Part shown: positions 37,019-47,377 of the stretch, piece by piece
Layout of the letters: the number at the start of each line of letters is the position of its first letter
Position numbering within the stretch: the first letter of the stretch is position 1
Origin: Saprolegnia diclina VS20
Taxonomy: Eukaryota
NCBI RefSeq assembly: GCF_000281045.1
Contig: NW_008246069.1
Coordinates: 630,437-694,436, forward strand
Direction: 5' to 3'
Length of the DNA: 64,000 nt
The notes under the pieces: model-generated
Database searches by the model: none
Told to the model about the DNA's origin: nothing
The model's input: the letters and a program-made list of their open reading frames with translations, nothing else
Translations under genes and position numbers: made by a program

Positions 37019-37124
37019 TGAAAGATGCAAGACGTTCCGTATGCATGTCTTCGTCGGAACGGACAGGCTAAGGGCGATCGGAAGAAGCATGCACTTGAAC
37101 GCTTGGGATGGATGGGTTGAGACG

Positions 37125-37646
37125 CTACTGGATCGCGCAGCGATAGCTCGCATCGGCCTCGGCGAGCTTTGGCCGCTTCGCGAGACGTGTCTCGTCGGTG
37201 GAAGCCTTCCGCTTCTTCGATGTTGTCTCCGTCTCTGGCGAGGAAGCGCGGAGGCAGACCGCGAGCGTCGCCTGGCGCACACGATTGGACGGCCAGTTCT
37301 CTTGCCCGGGTTCTCGGTCCACGCGAAGAGTCGATCGATCGTCCATGGACCGGTTTGTGCAGGCGCGCTGAGCGCGGCTTGTCTCGGACGCGACCATGAG
37401 ACGTACGATCGTAGCCACGTCGGCCAGCGGCAGCATTGGCTGGTCGTAGACGCGCTGGACCTTCTGCGTGTCGGCGAGCGCGTGGGGCCGTCGCTCCGCC
37501 TGCGCGACCAGCGGCCGCGTGACCTCGACGTACTCGTAGCCCGCAAAGCCGATGCCGGCGCCCGAGAATGGAACGACGCCATCGACGAACCCAAGCGCGT
37601 ACTCCCGCGCCGTCGTCGTCGGCGCGAACTGGACGTACTTGGGCAT
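37125..37646 (-). CDS. Hypothetical protein
   Basis: ATG 37646; host-like codon usage; VQFA...REY...VP..G.GIG N-terminal motif and basic KKRK...KRPK putative NLS. Confidence 0.55.
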   Translation of the reverse strand: MPKYVQFAPTTTAREYALGFVDGVVPFSGAGIGFAGYEYVEVTRPLVAQAERRPHALADTQKVQRVYDQPMLPLADVATIVRLMVASETSRAQRACTNRSMDDRSTLRVDREPGQENWPSNRVRQATLAVCLRASSPETETTSKKRKASTDETRLAKRPKLAEADASYRCAIQ

Positions 37647-37976
37647 CTTGGCTCTGCTCGGATCTTTTGGCTTTGATTGCAAAGTAGCTAGGACTGTTTA
37701 AAGAGAATTTTCAAGCAATATCCTTACTAGCAGTACTGACAATTCCCTCAGAACATAAGATGACCTCTTTCATTTAGCCTCGCCTTGAACTTGAGCGACA
37801 ATGTCATTGACAGACTCTCTCTGTGCGGGCATGAGAGGTGAGCGAGTGTAAATGAATACATCGCCGAGATGGACCACTTCTAAAAGACAAGATTGAAGGC
37901 AACTTGCCAAGGGCCGAGAGTGACTGTCTGCACGCTCCTGACGACGACGACGGACTCTGCGCGCACCAGAGTCCTT

Positions 37977-38021
37977 GCAACCAGATTTCTGGCGACCAGA
38001 TTTATAGCAACCAGATATCCA
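37977..38021. repeat. Three imperfect 15-bp tandem repeats
   Basis: gcaaccagatttctg / gcgaccagatttata / gcaaccagatatcca. Confidence 0.8.
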
Positions 38022-38180
38022 GCTACGACGTCAGTTGTGTGTGTATGGTCCTTAGCTTTTGCACAATCTTGTCGAGCACCAGGTCGACACTTTGAAATTC
38101 AAATTCGCCGAACGGGTCTGTGATTGGTCAAAATGAAAAGAATTCCAGCCCAAATCCAATTTCTCGACGGGTGCAACACG

Positions 38181-40209
38181 ATGGAGAACACAGACCGACC
38201 GGCGACGACGCGGCCGCGCATGACGATGCATGTGCCCATGACCGTGCCACTGCAGGTCACGCCCATGGCCGCGTACCTCCAGATGCCATGGATGGGGCCC
38301 GACGACCCGTCGTTACACGCCAAGCACATGAAGCGTCTCTTCTCTGCGCATGCGATCGACCGGCCGCTCATGCACGCCATGTAGGCCGACGCAACGACGC
38401 CATCGGCCTCCCATACATGGCGCCGTTTGACGGCGAGAGCAACAAGAAGCGCGCCAAGCCCGTCAAGCGGCCAACGGAAATGATCAAGCTCGAGCCCAAG
38501 CGACCAGGCGACGACTCGGCTGGCGCGACCGACTATGTCGCCTGGGTCAAGTTTATATTGCAGCCGCCAGCAATGTGGTACCGCGATCAGAAGGGCCGGC
38601 AGACGACCTTTGCGATCCAAGTCGGCCTGACGCAGGGCGTGCCGGACGCATACGTTCCGCTCGAGAGCAAGGGCTACTTTACGGTCAAGCTGCTCTACGA
38701 GAACGGGTGCGTTCGCTGGCGGCAGCGACTCGACAATGCTTCACCATGCCACGCAATAGCACCGAAGTCCGCGACCAGCGCATCTTGGACTTGAAGGAAG
38801 GCGCCTTTCCTGAAGCGAACGCCACGTCGACGACCATGAAGCTCCGCATCAACGACATCTCGAGTCGCCACCAAAACCAGGTACGCCTCTCTTTACGAAT
38901 GATTCCACCAAAATTCCGCAGAAATTCCGCGTCCAAGTGTCGTACGTCTCGCCTGTCCCGATGCGCGTCTGTCCCGCCCTCTCGAACGCAACCCAAGTCC
39001 TCTCCAAGCAAGTCGTACGCATTACGGTCACATACACTGTTTACAAACTTAGAGAATACGATCGATAGAAACGAAGTGCCCCGCCACCGCGACGACTCGT
39101 GCACGCAGACGACGTCGAGATGGCGTCGGAAGAAGTCTCGCGCGCCTCCAACGACAGCGAGGCCACGGTCGCCTTCTCGAGCGCGTCACCGTCGCCCGCC
39201 GCGTCACCACTCAAGACTGCCCACGTCGAGCGAGCCGAGACGCCGATGGACGTTGTGCACCACTTTCGCGCGGCCAAGCCAACGGCCGTGGTGCAGTGGG
39301 CCGCCACCGCCCACGGCATTCTGTCTCAAGTGCAGTGGACCCGCGTTGCCGCCAGCGTGTACGAGTGCCCCGTGTGCAAGGTGCGTCACGACGGCCCACG
39401 GCATCTCGCAGAGCACAGCACCGACTGCCTCCTCCGCATGCTCATGCAGTACCCTGCCATCTGTACGCACGCTATCGTAGTCGAGATAGCTCACACGTGC
39501 CCTTAGTTCCTTCGCCGCCGTCGCCCACAGAGAGGAGCCCGGGCCTTGTGCGCCCAACGCCGTTTCGGTATACGCTGCTGACGTCGCCGTGTGTCTCATA
39601 GTATGCGGGCGTAGCGCCGATGCGGTGGTTGTCGCGGCGCCCTTGGAGCTCAATTGCTTGTCTGTCTCGGCATTTCACGCGTCCGAGTCGCATCTGCTCA
39701 AGAGCCTCAGCCGCGTTTCGGTCTCGGACCACGAGCACGACTTTGGCTCGCTCTCGTCGTCGCAGCTCGAGCACTTTTGCCCGCCGCCGCTCGCCGACTC
39801 GACGCACATGCTGTCGCAGTTTACGGACGCGCCGCTCACGAGTTTCGTCGAAGAGTCGATTCTCGCAGTCGGCCTCAAGGCGGTCGGGAAGCGCCACGCA
39901 GCCTTCGACCGGACGTGGTCTCTCGTTGGGTTCTACCACGTGGTCGGTTGAGAGGTTAAGATGCGGGCTCACGTTGCGTGGAAATAGATTAGCGCGGAGA
40001 TGCTGCAGTTTGAAGCCGTGAGCGATCGGGACGAAGACGCAATTTGGGATGCCCACCCAGAGCTCGAAGCGGCCATTCGCCGCGTTCGGCACCGACGGAG
40101 TGCGCGCGATCCAAAGCTCTTTCCGTGCATTGGCGACCCCGATATCTTGACCCTCGACGACATCAAGAGTCGTCTTCTCCAGCAGTATACCAGACAAACA
40201 ACCGGCTAA
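38181..40209 (+). CDS. Multi-exon protein with a putative CudA-like DNA-binding domain
   Basis: Exons give WYRDQKGR, FTVKLLYENG.EVRDQRIL, MKLRINDISSRHQNQKFRV, QVLSK; NLS-like NKKRAKP; YECPVC...H...C segment; many short introns. Confidence 0.6.
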
Positions 40210-40671
40210 ACACCACGTCGCAAGACTAAACCTATCCGTTGTAACAAAGCCAGCACTTTACCGCGATGCGGACTCTTGCAGAAACACCTACTGGCTCACA
40301 GAGTGGCTGTTTCCCGGCGAAATGCTTTGGCGTATTTGGTTTTGACGCGTCTGACGCGGTCAGGAAGGCGTCATACGTCGTAGTGTCTCACGTACAACGA
40401 CTATTATTAATAATAGTACTCTGTCGACCCAACACTCTACTACCAGACCTTTCTTTGCGTCTTAGCACTGATGGAGAAGTGCATGGGATAGTCCGCGTCC
40501 CAACCTGCAGACAGTGGTTAGGGTTATAACCGAGAAGGCGGACTCCACACGGACGACGCTGGCGAGCGCAACCCCTCTCGATCTCGCTCGACGGGTATAC
40601 TGCCGAAGAGCCATTTGGCTATTACTGAGGGAGCACTATCTGAAAATCCTCACCCACTATCCTATTCTAGA

Positions 40672-41183
40672 ATATCAACCAGCCTCGCGGGCCTTGACAG
40701 CTTCCATCGCCGGCAGCTGCGTCGTCTGCTCGGGATCTTCCACCCGAACACGCTTGCCGACGTCGCGCTCTACAAACGCTGCGACAACGAGCCGTTGAGT
40801 ACGATCGTTGCCCGCCAGCGTTGGCGCCTTCTAGGCCACGTGCTGCGACTGGGTCGCGACGTCCCGGCCAACGTGGCTGCGGACCGCTTCTTTGCCCCAT
40901 CCGAGGCGCCCCGTTTCTTAGGACGCACCAAGATCACGCTGCCGATCGTCCTGCACCGCGACCTCGAGTCGATGACGCCGCCTCAGTCGCTGGCGTCTCC
41001 CGAGGACCTTGACAAACTGCGTAGCTTTGCCGCCGACCGCGACGCCTGGAAAGTTGACCGACCGTGTCGTCACGGGCCTCACCCGCGGCCACAAGCGTCG
41101 TAGGGCGACGACAGAAGAGCCAGACGAGCCCCCGCGCCGCCGCCTGCGCAGCCACGGACCGGCGAGCGAATGAAGAAGAAGGA
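40672..41183 (+). mobile_element. 5'-truncated non-LTR retrotransposon (RTE-like) 3' end
   Basis: LDSFHRRQLRRLLGI...IVARQRWRLLGHVLRL...GRTKITL...AADRDAWK resembles the post-RT C-terminus of LINE ORFs; ends in a gaatgaagaagaagg tail. Confidence 0.75.
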
Positions 41184-41419
41184 GATTGCTAGTCTCTACG
41201 TATGCGAAGTCTTTGTGTAATTATGAAGGTAACGCGACCCATTGGTTCATTTCGTGGAGGCGCTCGCGAAGCGTCTGGTTCTCGACGCGCGCTGGACTTC
41301 CTCTTCAAAGACGGTGGCAACGACCTGCCACGAGATCGAGGGCGCGTCCGTTGTTTGGTTCCCGCGCTTTTTGGGGCGCCCGCCCTAGTTCAAGGCAAGA
41401 AGGTGGCGTGATTCTAGTC

Positions 41420-42243
41420 ATATTAGGATTAGGACAAGGCTGTGACCGAATTGGGATGGCGATCTTTGGATCTTTGGCGAGAAGGCCTCCTTTTTGTCAC
41501 CTCGTCGATCCGGATAGGGCTTTTTCATTTCCATTTCAGGCCGCCGGCTGCAATGACCGATCGCATCTTGCGCCACGGCGCCGACAACAGAAGCAGCCAT
41601 GAAGATGACGTCGCCTTCCAGGAGCTCTACCTCGGCGACACGGACAAAGAAGATGGAGATGAAGATGACCTATCGTCGGAAGCCTCCGACGACGAGCTCG
41701 ATGAGGCCGAGGTCGACGAGCCGCTCTCGGCGGACGCCTCCGACGGCGGCATGTTCGAGCTCAAAGACGTGCTGCGCAAGTATAACTGCGTTTTTGTGGA
41801 CCGGCCTCAGATGGACAACCCTTCACGCTTGAGTCCATGCAGCTTGCTCTTTCTCGTCTGGCTCATCTGGATGACCCCGGAATGGATCATCCATGAAGTA
41901 GTAAAACTTACATGGTAAATCTACCGGTTCACTAATGTACTCCATTTTTCTACTCGCCCACGAACCGAACCCGCGCGGCGTCCAAGACCTGAGGATGTGT
42001 GGGCGCAACGGGGACACCATCAATCAACGAGGGAGCTTGACAATATGCAGCTGTGGTGTAGTAGCAGTGGTCCGTTCTACCAGGTATTGGGACCTCCAAG
42101 ACGCGCCACCCTCGTCGATGGTCCAGTCGTCAAGCCAATGGCCTAGCAGCGACTTGCGTTCGACGACGACGCGCGAATAACGTTTGCAAAATACGCTAGA
42201 AACTGCAGTGTACGACGAATATACTTTACAAGACTTTGATCCA
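41420..42243 (+). repeat. Duplicated segment, copy 1 (ends at the assembly gap)
   Basis: Start atattaggattaggacaaggc recurs at 42344; end segment about 41930-42243 recurs at about 43668-43993. Confidence 0.9.
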
Positions 42244-42343
42244 NNNNNNNNNNNNNNNNNNNNNNNNNNNNNNNNNNNNNNNNNNNNNNNNNNNNNNNNN
42301 NNNNNNNNNNNNNNNNNNNNNNNNNNNNNNNNNNNNNNNNNNN
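42244..42343. other. Assembly gap (100 N)
   Basis: Run of N. Confidence 0.99.
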
Positions 42344-42393
42344 ATATTAGGATTAGGACAAGGCTGTGACCGAATTGGGATGGCGATCTTTGG

Positions 42394-42890
42394 CATACCC
42401 TCTTTGTGTTGACAAAGGCGTAGTCGTACTGGGTGATATCCTTCAAGAATCCATGGGTTGCCGGCGGGAGCAAAATACCGGATAAACCCCCAGAATCTGA
42501 TGTCGATGCGTTGGAGTGCATTGAACATGAGCATCGCCATATTGGCGATTGCCGAAGATGTGAACGAGAGCGAGGACTTCATAAGCACCGCCTAGTGCTT
42601 CTATATCTCGATAAGCAATTCATTTTTGTGTGAGAGCGCATTCGCTTCGCAATTGCATCGCCTAAGATCGGATCTGGCCGTGTTATCACGCTGATGACTC
42701 CCTCGTGGTCCACTTACGAATTTCCCCTCGAACTTGATATCTGCCGCTGCGCTGGATTGTTGAAGATCTTGATGCAGCAGCACCCATCAAAGTTTTATCT
42801 TGAATTGACTATGACCCAAGAGCGGTACAGGGAGGAAGGACGCCACATTTTCCAACAGAAAGAGGGTACCCGGTCATGGTACCCGGTATG
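42394..42890. mobile_element. Non-autonomous TIR DNA transposon (MITE-like), 497 bp, with 9-bp target-site duplication
   Basis: gatctttgg at 42385-42393 and 42891-42899; left end cataccctctttgtgttga; right end ccaacagaaagagggta[20 nt]tg; absent from copy 1. Confidence 0.8.
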
Positions 42891-42997
42891 GATCTTTGGC
42901 GAGGAGGCCCCCTTTTTGTCACCTCATCGATCCGGATAGGGCTTTTTCATTTCCATTTCAAGCCGCCGGCTGCAATGACCGATCGCATCTTGCGCCA

Positions 42998-43554
42998 CGG
43001 CGGACGTGGCCGACGGCGGCAAGTGGGCGAACAAGTTCGAGCTCAAAGACGTGCTGCGCAAGTATGACTGCGTATTTGTGGACCGGCCTCAGATGGACAA
43101 GCCTTCACGCTTGAGTCCATGCAGCTTGCTCATTCTCGTCTGTCTCATCTGGATGACCCCGGAATAGATCATCCATGAAGTACTTCCCGAAGACCCGGTG
43201 CCGGCACTTCGGCCGCCGATTTGGAAGCCGCCGTAAAGGCAGGCAACATGGCTTTGATCGATGTGGTGCGCGCTAGTAGCCCGTACCACATCGATCAAAG
43301 CCATGTTGCCTGCCTTTACGGCGGCTTCCAAATCGGCGGCCGAAGTGCCGGCACCGGGTCTTCGGGAAGTACTTCATGGATGATCTATTCCGGGGTCATC
43401 CAGATGAGACAGACGAGAATGAGCAAGCTGCATGGACTCAAGCGTGAAGGCTTGTCCATCTGAGGCCGGTCCACAAATACGCAGTCATACTTGCGCAGCA
43501 CGTCTTTGAGCTCGAACTTGTTCGCCCACTTGCCGCCGTCGGCCACGTCCGCCG
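42998..43554. repeat. 557-bp near-perfect palindrome centred on 43276
   Basis: Arms are reverse complements by eye with only two mismatches near the 1-nt centre; mirror ORFs 43089-43331(-) and 43221-43463(+). Confidence 0.95.
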
Positions 43555-44583
43555 AGAGCGTCTCGTCGACCTCGGCTGCAATGACGGATCGCATCTTGCG
43601 CCACGGCGCCGACAAGAGAAACAGCCATGAAGATGACGTCGCCTTCGGGGCGCTCCACCTAAATCTGCACTGATGTACTCCATTTTTCTACTCGCCCACG
43701 AACCGAACCCGCGCGGCGTCCAAGACCTGAGGATGTGTGGGCGCAACGGGGACACCTACAATCAACGAGGGAGAGCAGTTGGATCCTTGACAAGATGCAG
43801 CTGTGGCGTAGTAGCAGTGGTCCGTTCTACCAGGTGTTGGGACCTCCAAGAGGCGCCACCCTCGTCGATGGTCCAGTCGTCAAGCCAATGGCCTAGCAGC
43901 GACTTGCGTTCGACGACGACGCGCGAATAACGTTTGCAAAATACGCTAGAAACTGCAGTGTACGACGAATATACTTTACAAGACTTAGATCCACATCCAG
44001 CGTGACGTGTTCGCGTCTCCAGTGGCTTCAAAAACCATCTCTGGGCGCAGCAATGCGTGTATGTCACGGACGACTCTATCGCACACTTCCGGTGGGCTGA
44101 TGGACCAAAATCTGGTGGCGTCCGAATGTCCATGCGCCCCGAGAGTGCGACCAAGTGGTTCCCTTTTACAACAACTGGAGCAACCTACCCTCTCGCACTG
44201 CGTCCAGTCGATGAGGTGTATATACTGGCACGTTGAGAGCGTTGATGACAGAATCACGCGCGCTTGATTGTCCACGCCGACTTATACACGCCCAGAATGC
44301 AGTCGGCCGACGGTCCCACGAGTTCATTACCAAAGGCTCGTACTCTCTCTCGACCCAACACCCTGCCAAAATGCGTTCTCCTGCGTACACGACTAACGGC
44401 TCCGAGACTAGGCTGTTGTTCTATGTAGACCTAACGAAATGCTTTCGCGTTAGTGTTTGTGTTTGCCGACGTCCGGCTAGCAGCTTATGGGCGCTGAAAT
44501 TGGGCGCCAATGGCCGCAGCGTGTCAAGCGTCCTGTACAGGTACGCAGAATGTTGCATTTGTTTATATATTGAACTGTGTTTG

Positions 44584-46809
44584 CTACGTGCCAACGAAGA
44601 AAGCGGGGACGCGGTCTTTGATGAGGATCTCGTGGGGCGACGGGTTCTTGGAGAAGACGGCAATGTACGGGGACGAGCTCAGCGTGTCCTGACGCCCTGC
44701 GTGAGAAACGATTCAGTTGTTAGCGGAGAACATACCTCGAGGTCGTAGCTGAGGCGAATGGGGTGCGTGTCCGAGTTGGACGCGAGCGCGAGGCTCCGGC
44801 CGTCGCGGCACGGGCTCTGGGCGTAGAAGAGGCGGTTGCGCACAAAGTGCTTGAGGCGGCTGCCGTACTCGTTGGGCGAGACCGCGCTCACGTTGTGCAT
44901 GTCCTTGCAGAGACAGAGGCCGAGGAAGTAGCGCTGGAGCGTCCAGCGCCACGTGTACCGCTGCAGCATGTCGATAACGCCGACGTGATAGCACTTGTCG
45001 CGGTACTTGGAGACAATCACGTCGTGCAGCGGCGCTTCTTCGAGTGACCCATGCGAGATGCCGATGAGGATGCTACACCACTTGGTCTAGATCCACTGAA
45101 AGACTGTCATATCGTACCTATAATCCATGATGCCGCGCGCTGCGAGAAACATGATGTCGGCCACGAGCTGCGACTGCATCTCGGACTGCACGTCGTCGTC
45201 GACGTGGATGGCTTGTCGGAGCTTGAGAAAATCGATGTCCATCATGAGCTTGGCGATTGGGAGCCGCTCGCGCGCTTGCCGGATGACGCGCTCGACGTCA
45301 TCGGAGCGGATCGCTTGGCGGCGGTCCGTGTTGCCCTTGAGGTCAAACCGTTGGTGCACGGGCCCGTCCTTGAAGAGGTTGTGCATAACGACAAAGTACA
45401 TCTTCTTGGACCCGACGGGCAGCGAGATTGAGTGACACCCGAGGTACCGGCAGAGGTACGAGCCTGGGTGGCTCTGCAGATGACTGTGGTAGTACGGCCT
45501 ACTGGGTGTGAGTCCTTTGAGCCTTTTGATTGCCATACAGGATGCCGCGGAGCACGTCAAACTCGTCTCTTGGGACACTTTTGACCATGAATTGGCGGTT
45601 GGCTAAACACAAATTGTCTTGTGAGACGTTTCTCGTCCAAACCATAGTACCCGTAAAGTAAAAGAGGTTGCCGCTCTTGCCTTCCGAGCCGTGCTCGTTG
45701 AGGATCTGGTCGAGCGCAAACGCCTCCATGTACGACCGGTCGTCGATCCCAAAGTGGTGGCGAATCTGCTGAAAGACAGCCGGCGCAACGTCCTGGAAGG
45801 CGAGGACGCTGCTGGCGAAGCGGCCGTGCACCACGATCGTCTTGGCTTCGATCCGTGCGTACTCGTCGAATGTGATCTCGGCGCGTGGCTCCATCGCGGC
45901 CCGCGACGCCGACTCGATGATGCCCATGGACGTGTACTTCATGACCGACTGCCGCAGGACGTTGGAGACGTCGAGGTCGTCGTGATCGCCCGCCGTTTGA
46001 TCCTCGTCGTCGTCGTCGTTGGTGCAGCGCACCGTGTCGGCGCGGCGCCGGCCACCGACGTCCAAGCGGAAGAGCGCAAAGACAGCAATGAGATCGAGGC
46101 CCTCGACGACTTCGTCAATCATGCTCGTCGTAACCGAAACGCTTCCGTCCAAGACATCGATGGCGTACACGACGATGGACACGACGCCGACGCTCGCAAA
46201 GACACCGAGGTACGGCAAGATGCGTTTGGCCATGCGCCGCGTCGTGAGATGCGCCTGCGTCTCGAGGATGCGCGACTTGCGCCAAGCGACAAAGAGCGCG
46301 ATCGCAATGTAGAGGAGGCCGAGGTAGAGCGGGACGTCCATGTAGATGCCCGTGTGCTTCGAGCTGCCGTTGGCGCAGATAAAGGCGCGGAAGAGGATCG
46401 TCCACAGCGCCGCGCCGGGCCATGCTACCGCGTGGTGCAAAACGCTGTTGGCTTGGAAGGGCAGAAATGGGTTGAGGAGCGACGAGATGAGGTCGATCGC
46501 GAGCATGAGGTTCCAGAACGTGGCCGCGGACGTGAAGAAGAACATGGCCCAGAAGAGCCAGAGAGCCGCAGGGTCGGGCTGCAAGTTGGCCACGTCCACG
46601 ATCGAGTAGTCGCTACCGCCATCGACGGCGAGGAGCGCCAGGTGCATCACGGCCCGGAAGGCGATCGCGAGCGCGTGCGAGACGAGGATGCAGAGCAAGA
46701 CGGGCCCCGGATGCTGGCGCGCCTTGGGGTGCACAGCGACGAGGTACAATGTGGCGCCGAGCACGCAGAGCGCGAGCGCGAGCAGCACGGCGGAGAGCGC
46801 TAGCGCCAT
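44584..46809 (-). CDS. GPCR-PIPK: 7TM domain fused to a phosphatidylinositol phosphate kinase, paralog 1, multi-exon
   Basis: Seven hydrophobic segments (HPGPVL..., FWNLMLAIDLI); LRQSVMKYTSMGI linker; SEGKSGNLFYFT, FMVKS, RFDLKGN, IMDY, VGVIDMLQRY, SAVSPNEYGSR. Confidence 0.88.
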
Positions 46810-47377
46810 CGCAAATGGCTACAAGAGTGAGCCGCCAGATCATCGGGTCGGAGGCGCCGCGCTTTCTGATTGGCTTGCTGACCTGAGTTTGCACTTGCAA
46901 CTTGCCATCGAAGTCGGTGCCGCCGTTGGTGCTGGCGACCGGGCCTCCGTGGTCTGAAGATGATCGTCGATTTGACAGCATCCGTGCAGGAGGTACGTGG
47001 CGCAGACGCCGTCGACGGCGGCGTGAGGAGGTCAATGACCGAGAAGGTGCTGCCGTGCATGCGAGGAACGCGCCTCGAAACTGCGGCCTAGCTCTCGGTA
47101 TGTGGGGTCGTGTTCAGAGCCAAAGCGTTCAGCAGCCCTGCTGGCTCCTGCACAGACTGGGAGCTGCTACACGCGCCTGTCTATCGACGCCATCTGTTTC
47201 TCACAGCAACCGTCCGTTCTGCACTTGGTCACTGACCCGATCACGCCACGTCAGTGGACCGATCAGCTGAAGGCGACATAATATAACGTCCGAGTAGCTC
47301 CAATGTGGCCATAGCGTTTCGATGCTTTCACAGATAAGATTGCGGATCTTATTGTGAGCCTCTTTATGATCGCGAGG

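Larger units (their letters stand above)
42344..43993 (+). repeat. Duplicated segment, copy 2, carrying a TIR insertion and an inverted duplication
   Basis: Collinear with 41420-42243 at both ends, with SNPs and indels. Confidence 0.9.

Noticed and set aside
41442..41918. Acidic 158-aa ORF in duplicated segment copy 1
   Set aside because: Disrupted and rearranged in copy 2; no recognisable domain; probably a relic
43089..43463. Mirror-image 80-aa ORFs on opposite strands
   Set aside because: Direct consequence of the palindrome
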